Source: Vicugna vicugna (Eukaryota). From it: DNA of 64,000 nucleotides. The notes under the pieces were generated by a model, which had not been told where the DNA came from, made no database searches, and worked only from the letters and a program-made list of their open reading frames with translations. This document shows, in pieces, positions 12,335 through 22,919 of this stretch; the first letter of the stretch is position 1; each line of letters starts with the position of its first letter. Location of the stretch: assembly GCA_013265495.1 (NCBI GenBank), contig MU058531.1, forward strand, positions 612,678 to 676,677, given 5' to 3'. The translations under genes were made by a program, and so were the position numbers.

Positions 12335-14240
12335 AGCAAAGCCAGATAAGAAATAAAGAAAACAATGCTATTCATGATAGCATCAAAACAATAAAATACT
12401 GAGAAATAAATTTAGCCAAGGAAGTGAAAGATCTGTACAATGAAAACTATAAGACTTGGATGAAAGAAATTAAAGAATATGCAAATGGGAAGATATCTCT
12501 TGCTTATGGATGGGAAGAATTAATGTAATTAAAGTGTCCATATTACCCATAGCCATTGATCGTTCCAATGCAATCCAGTGGCATTATTACAGAAACCGAT
12601 AAAACAATCCTAAAATTTGTATGAAATCACAAAAGACCCTAAATAGCTAAAACAATCTTGAGAAAGAATAACAAAGCTACAAGCATCACACTTTCAGATT
12701 TTAAACTATACTAAAAGGGTATAGCAATTAAAATAGTATGGCACTGGCATTAAAAATAGACCTGCATACCAATGGAACAAAATAGAGAGCCCAGAAATAA
12801 GCTTGTATGTATGTGATCAACTAATATTTGACAAGGGAGCCAAGAATACTCAATAGGGAAAGGGTGATCTTTTCAATAAATGGCATTGAGAAAACTGGAT
12901 AATCACATGCAGACAAATGAAACTGAAATGCTGTATCATATTACTCACAAAAATTAGTTCCAAATTGATTACAAAGTCACTCATAAGACCTGAAATTGTA
13001 CAGCTCCTAAAAGAAAACAAAGGGGAAATTGCCACATTGATCTTGGCACAGATTTTTTTGGATATGACATCAAAAGTACAAGCAATCAAATGAAAAATAA
13101 ACAAATGGGACTACATCAAACTATAAATCTTCTGCACAGCAAAAGAAACCATCAACAAAATAAGCAGGCAGCCTAGGGCATGGGAGAAAATATTTGCACA
13201 CCATATATTAGATAAAGGGTTAATACTCAAAATATATAAAGAAATCATACAACTCAGATAACAAAACAATCATTTAAAAATGGACAGAGGAATGAATAGT
13301 CATTTTCCTCAAAAGACATACAAATGGCCAACAGGTACATGGAAAAATTCTCAACATCACTAATCATCAGGGAAATGCAAATCAAAACCACAATAGAATG
13401 TCACTTCACACCCATTAGACTATCATCCAGAAGACAGGAGATGACAAGTGATGGTGAGAATGAGGACAATAGCACACTATTTAGTATGTAAATATAAATT
13501 GGTTCAGTCACTATGAAAAACAGAATGAAGTTTCCTGAAAAATTTAAAACGGAACTACCATTTGATCTAGCAATCCTACTTTTGGGTAAATACCCAAAGG
13601 AAATGAAATCAGGGTATTGATATCTGCACTCCCACGTTCACTGCAGCATTAATCACAATGATCGAGATATGGAAACAACCTCAGTCTCCATAAATGGATA
13701 GAGAAGATTTATATCTTTATCTATATACAATGCAATATTATTCATCCATGAGAAAGAAAGAAATCCTTCTATTTGTGACAAATGGACCTTGAGGGCATTA
13801 TGCTAAGTGAGATAAGTCAGGGAGAATGATAAATTACTGTATGATAGTGTGTATATGTGGAATCTAAAAAAGGCAGACTCATAGAAACAGAATAGAATAG
13901 TGGTCAGGAGTTGAAGGTTGGGCAAATTGGGGAGATGTTGATTAAAGGGACAAACTTGCAGTTAGGAGATGAATAAATTCTGGAGATCACTATAATCTAG
14001 TGATTATAGTAAACAGTATTGTATTATATACTTTGAAGTTTCTAAGAGACTAGATCTTAAATGTTCTCAGTACAAAAAAGAAATAATTATGCAATATGAG
14101 AAAGGTATTAGCTAATGCTACAGTTGTATTTATAATGAAGTATATAAATGTACCAAATCAACACATTGCACACTTTAAAGTCATACAATCTTATATGTAA
14201 ATTATACCTCAATAGAAAAATAAATGATAAAAAATTTTTA
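12335..14240 (+). mobile_element. L1 3' portion (ORF2 C-terminus + 3'UTR, L1MA/MB-type)
   Basis: Canonical L1 ORF2 tail and 3'UTR ending 'atgtaaattatacctcaatagaaaaa'. Confidence 0.92.
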
Positions 14241-15150
14241 AAGATGATAGATAAATTTTGTATATATAACAGTTTTTCAGAGATTTGGTTGGTATGTTTC
14301 AGAGATTTTTTTTTTCCCCTCAACACAAACAACTACATGAAACCAATTTAAAACCCTCCGTAGAAACATAGGGAAGCTAATATTCATAAACAAGAAATGC
14401 CTGTGTAGCAGACTTTCTGCTTTATGAAAAGAATGATATAAAACATCTGGTCACACATTAGGAACATAACTCAACCCTCAGTAAGACCAAATCTGTGATA
14501 TAAACATATGTTTCACAACTAATGCTTTTAAAACAACATACAACCTTCTGATGGGCATTTTTAAGGATTTTCATTTAGTGGAATGGTCACCATGGTAACA
14601 GTGTGACCATGCTGATTTGTGTGTGCTTGCTCATCTAAGACTGAATGACCGAAGTAGGCCACTTGGCAGCTGATGTTTTCAGTTATAACAGCACATACTC
14701 CTCACTGAGTTCATACAATTGTTCCTCAATCTGAATCAGCTGATACAGTAGCCAAAATGGCGGGTTGATGTTACTAGGATTCTGATATATCCAGCATCTT
14801 ACACTCGGAAGTGGACCAATTTTACCATATGATTTTCAAAGTGGCAGGGTACTGGCAATGCCTATGAGTCTTACATGGTGATTGGCTGCAAGATAGATAA
14901 CTGGATAAAGTCATGTAGATGATTAAACACACGTCTAGGTAGAAACTAAAAACATTTAAAACACGTGGATAATAAATTAATGTTTTTATATTTTTATTCA
15001 GATGTTTAAGCTCATACAGACACAAAATAAATCTTACATTTGTAGCAATTTTGAAGTACAATAATGACTATAGCTTTTCTTTTCACCTAAACTGGCTCTA
15101 AGATTTAGTATCAGGAGGAGAGTGAAGATTTTTATGACTGAAATTAGCTA
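14240..15150 (-). pseudogene. L: Rhabdovirus-like L remnant: RdRp motif B/C (degenerate) through motif D/E region
   Basis: KIFTLLLIL ~ KGWTILNLL; SYGKI/HFR (14832-14805) ~ NYGKIPIFRG; ECK.W/RILVT ~ ETKRWSRVTCVT; AILATVSADS ~ NIMSSVSTNA; QVAYFG (14665-14648) ~ QYNYFG; FP/STEGF ~ FPDPVTESL; EKLL..LSI ~ DKLV..LNI. No intact GDN. Confidence 0.8.
14586..14599. promoter_or_regulatory. RFX X-box-like palindrome GTCACCATGGTAAC
   Basis: Matches the X-box consensus. A YY1-like AAAATGGCGG lies at 14754-14763. Motif match only. Confidence 0.35.
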
Positions 15151-16728
15151 ATGTTAGCCAATCAATAAATATTAGTTTAATGAATGAATATGAAACCAAT
15201 GCCAGTCAGTATTTTTAACAGGGAGTCCTGATTAGAGATTCAATAAAGAATATTAATTAAAATATGTCTATAATTTCACAATTTATAATGTATAATTACA
15301 AGAATTTAATTTTTAATCTAGTGAGAAAGCATATAATTATTTCAGTTTTATAGATGAATAAATACGGGGTTAATAATGATTATGTAATTCAAAGACACAT
15401 AGCAGGTAAGTAGATTAGAATTAAGTCTGTTTTCTAATGGTACATCTCACATCTTTTAAAAGTCAATACAGTGCCCGATGTAGTAGGTAAGTTTGAAATA
15501 CTACTGAGGAAAACAGTGAGATGAAGTTTTATTCATTTTTTTATTGCTGTTTCTGTAGAGTTTAGAAGAGTTTGAATAAATATGTATTTAAAGTCTCAAA
15601 TGTCAAAAACAAAAATTTAACAACTTAAGAAGAACATACAGGAAACTATCTTTTACACATGGATTGAAAAAGAAACCTCTAAGTAAAACACACAAGAAAG
15701 GACAAACCACAGGGAAAAGATGGGCAACTCCACTGCCTTAAAATTAAGATGTTTATGTATTACAAAGAACCCACAAATAAACTTAAAAGGTGAGTCAAAG
15801 ACCAAAAGAAGTTATTTGCAATGCATACAACCAAAAAGAATTGTTATTCTGAATTTTTAGGGAAATTCTACAATTGAGTAACTTAATAGAAAAATGAACA
15901 ATAAAACAAGAATATGAAACTGTGGTTAACTTTGCTGGGAATACAAATTAAATAACACTAAGAAATGCAGATTAACCAATAAAATGCGATTTCACATAAG
16001 CTATTTTGGTAGAGTCATCACCCCAAAGAGGAGCATTGACAGAGAAACAATGGCTTTGAAAGCAGCCACTCAAGACAACCTTTCAGAGAGAAAGCCAAGG
16101 GAAATAAATGTACTCACTTAACCCTTGTACTTCATTCTGATCTCCAGCCAGAGCTCCCCATTGGCTGAACCAAATCAGAGACTAGAGGGATGTGATAAAG
16201 TCCATGTGGCCAGACTGCTAGCACAGACAGGAAGCAAGGGAGACAGGGTAGAGAGTATATCTGGAGGGGTGAATTAAAGGTATTTAAAACAGAGGCTCTG
16301 ATGATTGGTGCCCCACCAAATGACAGATGTCTACAATTATTAAGTGTTTAAAAACGTGCCATGTGCATACATGAGAAAAATAAATTTAAATTTTTAAAAT
16401 GGTGAATGAAAACTTCTTTTATATTATTACTTTAAAAGTCTAGTTTTAAACACTATATAATAATCCCTTTTTTTATTTAAGTGTATAAACTATAGTGGGA
16501 ACATAGTTTACAAAACAACATATTCTCAAAATTAAATCACAAAATAGAGCATTTTAGTCTATAATATCAATTTCAAATAGCAGTATATCAATTTCAACTA
16601 GTATTTTTTTGCTGCTTTACAAAAAGAGTCCTTGAGGGATTAATTTTAAAAAACAATTTCCTAGAAATATATAGAACACAGAAGTATATTTATTCTCACT
16701 GTTCTACAAGATTCTTTTATGTTCTTTG

Positions 16729-17019
16729 AGGCATACCTTAGAGATATTGTGAGTTCAGTTCAAGACCACTGCAATCAAATGAGTATTGCAATAAAGCAAG
16801 TCATGAATTTTTTTGGTTTCCTATATTAAAAGTATGTTTATATTATACAACAGTCTAGTAAGTGTGTAGTAGCATTCTGCCTAAAAAAATGTACACATTT
16901 TTAAAAAATAATGCTGTTGGAAGATGGTGCTGATAACCTTGCTCTTTGTAGGTTTGCCAAATTCAATTTGTAAAAAAAATGCAGTATCTGCAACACGCAA
17001 TAAAATGACATATGCCTGT
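16729..17019 (-). mobile_element. Tigger1-derived internally deleted DNA transposon
   Basis: Termini 'aggcataccttagagatattgtg' and 'gcaataaaatgacatatgcctgta' match Tigger1 TIRs. Confidence 0.85.
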
Positions 17020-17039
17020 AATTTGTTTTTATTTTACAC

Positions 17040-17360
17040 TGTTTGCTTTTGACCTTTGCAAATGTAAAGTTCCTGAATGTAACTCTTACATTCTAAAATG
17101 TAAGAGTTCCTTTTACTCACTTGAATACTCTTTTAACTACACCCTTATGACACCGAAGGAGCATCTGTACAGTCTGGTGTCCTCTGGGTTTAGATGGATG
17201 TGCATAAACTGAGGTCCAGTGAAAGTATCTCTAACCGCTTTCAACTGTGTTTGAAATGGTTTTCTCTGCTGTATGAGCCAGGCAGTATCTGTACTAGTTA
17301 AGGTAACCCAAACTAAACAAACACACTTTTAGTTCTTAGTAGTTTAATGAAATTCAGCAA
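17040..17360 (-). pseudogene. L: Rhabdovirus-like L remnant: RdRp motif A region
   Basis: LLNFIKLL ~ LTAVIKKML; TDTAWLIQQRKPFQTQLKAVRDTFTGPQFMHIH ~ [42 protein letters not shown]..VIRV ~ EKSLIY..LMRV; ICKGQK ~ CWQGQE. Confidence 0.85.
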
Positions 17361-17520
17361 TTCACCCAGCACATATTTTGAGTAGCTTCTAGGTGTTCTA
17401 GATGTTTGAGCTACATCGCTGAAATGCAGAGAAAGGTTCCTGTGGTCCTGACACTCACATGCTAGCAGTGGAGACAAGCAATAAATAATAAACATAATAA
17501 ATATATAAATTGCATAATAT
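17360..17520 (-). mobile_element. L2 3'-end fragment within the L remnant
   Basis: 'aattcacccagcacatattttgagtagcttctagg...gtcctgacactcacatgctagcagtggagacaagcaataaa'. Confidence 0.7.
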
Positions 17521-18549
17521 GTTATTTGCTGTGTTTATTCATTTTTGTCCTTTGTATTTTTTAGTCCAGTTTTATTTCTAGAATTATTTTCTCCCTTATT
17601 TCTAATTCTTAATTGAGTTCTGTCATCTCACTTCTAAGTTTTCCTAATTCTGATTCATGGTGCTTTTTATATCATATCATTTTTTAATATATGTTTGTCT
17701 GTTTTGAAATACGTTACAGTTTCAATCTGTTTTATGAAATGCCTGTCTGGTCTGGTATACCTTAGTTGTCAACGGGAATATTATTTGCTTTACATTCTCT
17801 TTTTTATAGTAATTTTAGGTGGGATTTGTTCTCAATATAGCATACTGGTCAATTTTATTTGCAAAACTAGTTTTCTTCAACTTCTAGAAGACATATTCAG
17901 GATATCTTTTCTAATTTTACGGACCCTCCCCTTTTCCTGTTGCTTTCACATAGTGAGCAAGAATATGGTGATTTGCTTTCTGAAGTTTCCTAGCTCTGTT
18001 ACCCTCTCAATTTTTATCTTGATCTTCTTTTTTTTGTCTCCATTGTCCATATGCTGTTCAATTTTGATTCCACTATCACCAATTTCTCTTCAATTTTGAG
18101 CCTTCTCTTGGAAGGGAGTCCTGCTCAGTGTAAAGAGTTCACAGGGGCTGAATTGCTCCAATTTATTTAGACTTGTCCATGGGTCCCTTGTGTGTCGCCC
18201 TTAGAGTGGTGAAAACCCTTGTCAGCTTTAGACGTTGTTCTCTAGTTGGCACCCCGTGCTTTTCAGTGAGTACCTGGGTTATTTGGGAGTCTGTACTTTT
18301 AGGTCACTCCATGTTTCAGTCCATTTCTGCTTCTTCCTTCAGAAATTCTGACACCAGGAAGTTCTAGAAGTTGTTGGTGGATATTTGTCACAGACTTGTA
18401 TTTCGGGGTTAGAGGAAATACTCCATAGACTTGCTAGCTATCCATAGGTTTTTGATGTTGTTATTCATAGACTTATACTTTGGTTATCTAGTTGCTCTGT
18501 TTATGGGGATTGGGAAATTACTTCCTTGACTGCCTTCCTAGAATCTCCC
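17520..18549 (-). mobile_element. HAL1/old L1 5' region inserted in the L remnant
   Basis: Antisense L1/HAL1-type 5' terminus '...cttccttgactgccttcctagaatctccc' with T-rich ORF1-like body. Confidence 0.65.
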
Positions 18550-19680
18550 TTCATCTTGCCTTTTAAGATTAAAATTCATCTGCTTAAAATTTCATCTCCT
18601 GGGAGACTTGAAAACATTATCTCATTATGTCCATGGACTCTTTGGAGTCTATAGATTGCCATAAGAATTCTCATGACAATTATCCAAGAACAACCTGTAA
18701 GATGACAAGCTGTCCTGTTTAGAGGATCACTTTTAGTAATCTTTCCTAGCTGAATTCTCGCTAAGACTCAGACCTTCTGAAAGCTGTTTGGAATCTGAGA
18801 GATCAATGCCAAGTATTCTTCTGGTGGGCAATGACTTTTCCATTATATACCCAGAATCATCATCTTTCTCAAGCCTTCTGTCCTTCAGTAGAAAAACATG
18901 ATCATTATTTTTACAATGATTTTTCTTTAAGTAATTATCACTGATCCCATTTGGACCTAAATCAGCTAAAGATATCTGGGCAGTTGGCATGCTTCCACAT
19001 CTTCTAATGGGCCATGTACCAGGGTTTCATTTTCAAGTTCCCCACAGTCATATGAGAGATGAGACGATGTTGATATTACCAATACAGCTTTTTAAAGATT
19101 ATCAATGAATCATCATATTCACTCAGTTATTCAGTTTTCACTCATCATGTTATTCGTTAGAGCCCATCCATCCCAATGACTGACTTGTCTAAAGCATAGA
19201 CAGTCTTATTAATGAGTCATTGCCTAACACCCTGCATGATTCAAGAATATCTTAAAACAACATTTATCAGGATCTCCAAATCCGGGAAGAAGATTAAAGG
19301 ACATTCTTTAAATAGATGAAGTCAGTATCACAGCACCTAATTAAACAGATTTCTATTATGGGGTGAAAATGTCATTAAATTGGCTGTGTGCTACTGTGAT
19401 TAGTTATTCAAGCAAAGCTGTGAAGCCAAATGAAAGTTCAAGCAATCATAAGCTTTCTAATAGTGCATCTACTCTAGAATTTTTAACCAGAAATCACCAT
19501 CAATTTTGTTAAGCAGTTTTCAGAATCCATTACATCCTACTGTTTCAAAAACTCAGAGTAATAGATAGAATTACAGTGCAGATGTTTTCTATTACAATTC
19601 TGCTAGATAGAGTTTGTCAGAGGATGCCAGAAGTGGTTCCTTCAGAAGTGACATGGTTCAAATCTTCAATTCCTTCTCAA
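18550..19680 (-). pseudogene. L: Rhabdovirus-like L remnant: N-terminal part of the RdRp domain (roughly the first 540 aa of VSV L)
   Basis: DLNHV/LKEPLL ~ YLNHADYNLNSPLI; YSEFLKQ*D ~ YSFLHEVD; TFIWLHSFA*ITNHSS ~ KFLDLHKLTLILNAVS; DTDFIYLKNVL ~ DRNFLLMVKDVI; LGNDS ~ QGNFS; *(R)LWG (19050-19039) ~ RHWG; ADLG ~ SDLA; YIMEKSLPT ~ YIKTQTWP; NTWH..F..SES ~ DTWH..FEIPES; EFLWQSID ~ EFLRSID; EMK ~ ELK. Confidence 0.92.
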
Positions 19681-19689
19681 AGGAAGGGA

Positions 19690-20150
19690 AATATGGCACT
19701 CTCACACATTGTTGGTGTGCTGTAAGTTATTGCAAGTGTTCTGGAGTGTAATTTGGAATTAGGTACCGAAAAGTCTGAAAAAGAATATTCTGTTTAACTC
19801 AGCAACCCCACTACCAGGGATATACATGTTCTGAAGAAACAATGAGAGCTGTACACAAAATCTTAAGTGAAAAGTATGTTCACTGGAGCCATTTTTAGAA
19901 CAGAGGGAAATCAGAAACAATCTTGTTCTACCACCAATATGAGAATCGATAATGAAGTATATGCATCAGCTACATAGATGGTGGAAAACCATGCAGCCAT
20001 GAAATAGCATGTTTGGGATTACTTGGAACTGGGAAATGATCATTATATTTAATTTTTAAAAGTCTACTTAAAATTGGTATATAAATTATGAATTTAAATT
20101 TGTTAGAGGCGCATGGACATACACAAGAACATGGACAGAGAGGGAGAGAA
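19690..20150 (+). mobile_element. L1ME-type 3' fragment at the G-L junction
   Basis: 'gcactctcacacattgttggtg...actcagcaaccccactaccagggatata' is the L1 3' region. Confidence 0.75.
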
Positions 20151-20249
20151 AACAAAGGGAGAGAGAAAGAATTTTATTATTTTTTGTTTTGAGTTTCCTT
20201 ATACACAGGCATTTTTTATAGGCTTTTAATAGGGGTTTTTTTTCCCTAA

Positions 20250-21550
20250 AAGTAGGAGGTCAGAAAAGCAGAAAAATGTTTTCATTTTAGGTTTCTTCGC
20301 AGGAGTCCTTTAAGCATAGACAAACAGAATACAGCACATCACATCTCTCTCTTTACTAGGTTAACTGGAAACTCCAGAATAAAATGAATACTCTACATTA
20401 GAAAGTTCATGCATCCCAGGTGTCAGATGCACCTGTCTCTCTCTGCCTTAAAATGTATTTAATTATTTTCTCTGAAAGAAGCTTAGATACCAATATCAAG
20501 TTATACAAAGTGATGCTTACCTATATTTCTCTAATTTTAATTTAAAGTCCTTCCATCCCCTACTCGCTCACTGTCACTGTTAGGGCTTCCTTCCACATCA
20601 AAGGAACTTACAAATAATATTGGATTTAAGTAGTTAGAGAAAATAAATGTAGGGGCCAAGTTATTAATCCATAATATTTATCATATTTTCAGTGCTTCTA
20701 ACTTACAGGATATTCCTACCAAGTATGGTCCCTACCATCTGCCTCTCAGACACTCCTGCTTCTGGAAGCTCCGAGGGTATTTCTCACAGTGGTCCTCCAC
20801 ACTGGCACACATATGGAGCCTTATTTCCCAATCTGGAGATTTCATTCTCCATTGCTCCCCAGTCCAGGAGGAAGCACTAAATTCTCCTGGCTCTTTGCTT
20901 CTGACACTTTCTCTCAAACTCCTCCCTTCAGAGACAAACTGAATCCTCATAAAGGGACTTAACCCCCAAGTCTCTTGATTTTCTCAGTGGTTGGGAGGAG
21001 GTTACAGGGAAACCAATTATTTTGCTTACTGGTAGAAGAGGAGAGATGAGATGCTAATACACATTTATTTCTTAATCATTCACCGTATTACATTTACAAA
21101 GCAGAAAACATTTTAAGCCTAGGAAGGTATATAGCAAAACAATGTTCATCACGGGGTGCAAGGATAGTGAGTGGAGTTCTTGTTTGTTTTGGTTTTCACT
21201 TCTAGCTCTTTTCCCAATTTTCTATAATGAACAGGTAGAAAATTATAATCAGAAAAATAAACATTTCATATTTAATGGGAAAAACCCAATATCAAATAGA
21301 TTGATAGTTGTCCCCACTGAGAAGAATCATCAGGTATGTTGGTATAAGAATATGCTAAATGTTTGTATTATTCAAGAATTACTGATCAACAGCCAATGTG
21401 ACAAGACTAACTGGATCCGTGAATGCAGAATATAAAATCCCAGATACTGTATGTGGGCAGACGGAAGGAATATGTAGAGCTATGGAATACATGAGCTGAG
21501 ACTGAGAAGATCAAAAATGCAGGGATGAGGATGGAGAGACAAGATGCTTG
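20250..21550 (-). pseudogene. G: Rhabdovirus-like glycoprotein G remnant (interrupted by a small L1 fragment ~21065-21262)
   Basis: Signal-like LSILIPAFLIFSVSA; YWVFPIKY ~ RWYGPKY; CNLLPT/NQETW ~ CSNYICPTVHNSTTW; CQKQ...TGEQW..RLHMC ~ CKMQ...SGVW..RFPEC; QKQECL ~ rabies KREECL; APTFIFSNYL ~ GPAFTIINGTL; WKEALTVTVSE*GMEG ~ WDDWAPYEDVEIGPNG; ETGAS ~ DTGLS. Confidence 0.75.
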
Positions 21551-21589
21551 CAAGTAAACAAGCCAGTCTTGGATTTTTTTATGGAAAAC

Positions 21590-22890
21590 CTACCTATAAA
21601 CCCTTGAGAGACAGATGGCAAGAAAGGAAAAGAAAGTGGTTTAGAAGCAAAGAAGCATCTGTTGGCATTTTGTCCAGGACTATGACCTGGAAAAGTACAA
21701 GATTTCAAATAATTACTCGGCAACAGATTCTGCCTTAGCACAGTCCTCCGTAACATATTCAGTCAGTAACATATTAATCTCTGTAGGGCTTTCCTTCAAA
21801 ACAATGCCTCATGAGTCACCTTAATTAAGGTTTCTATTACTACCTTTCTTGACCATACATTCATTCATTCATACAGCCAATGACTTTGAAGGTCTTGCAC
21901 ACTTCTAAAGAGACATTAGCAGCACAAGAGAACAGAGAGTAGAGAGTAAAAGGGAAAGCTGATTCAGATATGGTGGACGGGACAGGTGTTTTGGAAGACT
22001 TAGAAATGCAGAATAAGAAATCTTTTCCCTAGTCCTACCAACTACAAGGGGCCATGAAAGGTTTCGAGCAAAGGAATAGTAATGTCAAACTAAGGTTTCC
22101 AGTAACATGAATTTAGCAGCAGGAAAGAATGGATGGGGAAAACACTGGGGCAAAGGAAAACAAAAGACAAGACAGTTAAATGGATATAATAATGTTGATT
22201 TCCATGCAGAAGTAAGGACAGTGACTTTCATTCCAAGCAACTGTATACCTCCTCTCATTCTGGTGAACTTAGCATTCCATTTAACATTTTGGATTTTCAG
22301 TTTGTAATTTTCTCACTTTTGACTATTCCTTCCTTCACCACATGTCCACCACCCACTCACTTGGTCACATCCTAGATTTTTGTCATACAAAGAGTGGCAT
22401 CACCCTAGAAGGGTCATCTGTCACCTCACTGTTCAGCAGGATTGATTCCATTTCTCTGGTTGGACAAGTGGGAGTCCTTCCATCCTTTCTTCCCCACTCC
22501 AAGTGTGTCCCTTCTGAAGGTTCAGGGGTGACTCTCCTTGATGAAGGAAGACTGTTCTCCAGTCAAGAATCATTGATAACAACGGTACCATGTAGGAAAA
22601 AATTTGTCAGTTCAAAAACTCAATTCCTCTCACTACCATGTTGTTTTGTTCTGTTTTATTTCTTCTTAAATGAGCTCATAAATAAGAGAATGCAGACTTT
22701 TGACTCTCAATTTCCATGATTCAACTTTTCCTTGGGTTTATAACCAACTCTGTTGATTTTGGACTACAAATTCAAAGAAAGAGCTTCAAGACAACAATAA
22801 GCTCTCTGGTCATCAACTTTTACAATCAGTTCCCCAGAGATGTGGGCTGCATCTTTGTCAGTGACACGTAGATCAAAAGCGCATCATGTT
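21590..22890 (-). pseudogene. M: Rhabdovirus-like matrix M remnant (core 22390-22890; tail beyond the L2 insertion uncertain)
   Basis: One frame of ~165 codons with few stops: HISGELIVKVDD ~ FFTVKMTVRSNR; ILLFMSSFKKK ~ ILAFLGSSNLK; G...P..PE ~ EG...PPMLNVPE; VTDDPSRVMPL ~ IYDDESLEAAPM. It lies immediately upstream of G. Confidence 0.6.
21860..22400. mobile_element. L2 fragments interrupting the M remnant
   Basis: 'cattcattcattcat' L2 tail, 'ggggccatgaaaggtttcgagcaaaggaatagtaatgtcaaact', and L2 body 'acccactcacttggtcacatcctagat'. Confidence 0.7.
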
Positions 22891-22919
22891 AATTATAGTT
22901 GATATAAAGAAGTATTTTT

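Noticed and set aside
17121..17312. Ig-domain-like host exon (EDTRLYRC; IZUMO/TMEM81-like)
   Set aside because: It has an in-frame stop and no supporting upstream exons, and the same frame matches RdRp motif A (W...QRK...F.G.P) at the expected place in L.
18733..19030. Paramyxovirus-like reading of the 85-aa ORF (GTWP...LLKDR...TRRIL..LSDS)
   Set aside because: It needs several large deletions, whereas the rhabdovirus alignment keeps spacing and agrees with the N, M and G neighbours. The family should still be tested formally.
19090..19470. Apparent reverse-transcriptase motifs in one minus frame (KAYD...QGVRQ...YDD)
   Set aside because: The spacing does not fit LINE RT, the frame is full of stops, and the region is explained far better by a long colinear match to the rhabdovirus L N-terminus.
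20600..20750. CLRGRW*GPY...YLNP read as the first fusion-loop region of G
   Set aside because: It is too far from the signal peptide. That motif is better placed at ~21290, and this block fits the later ectodomain (ECL...IS...P.F).
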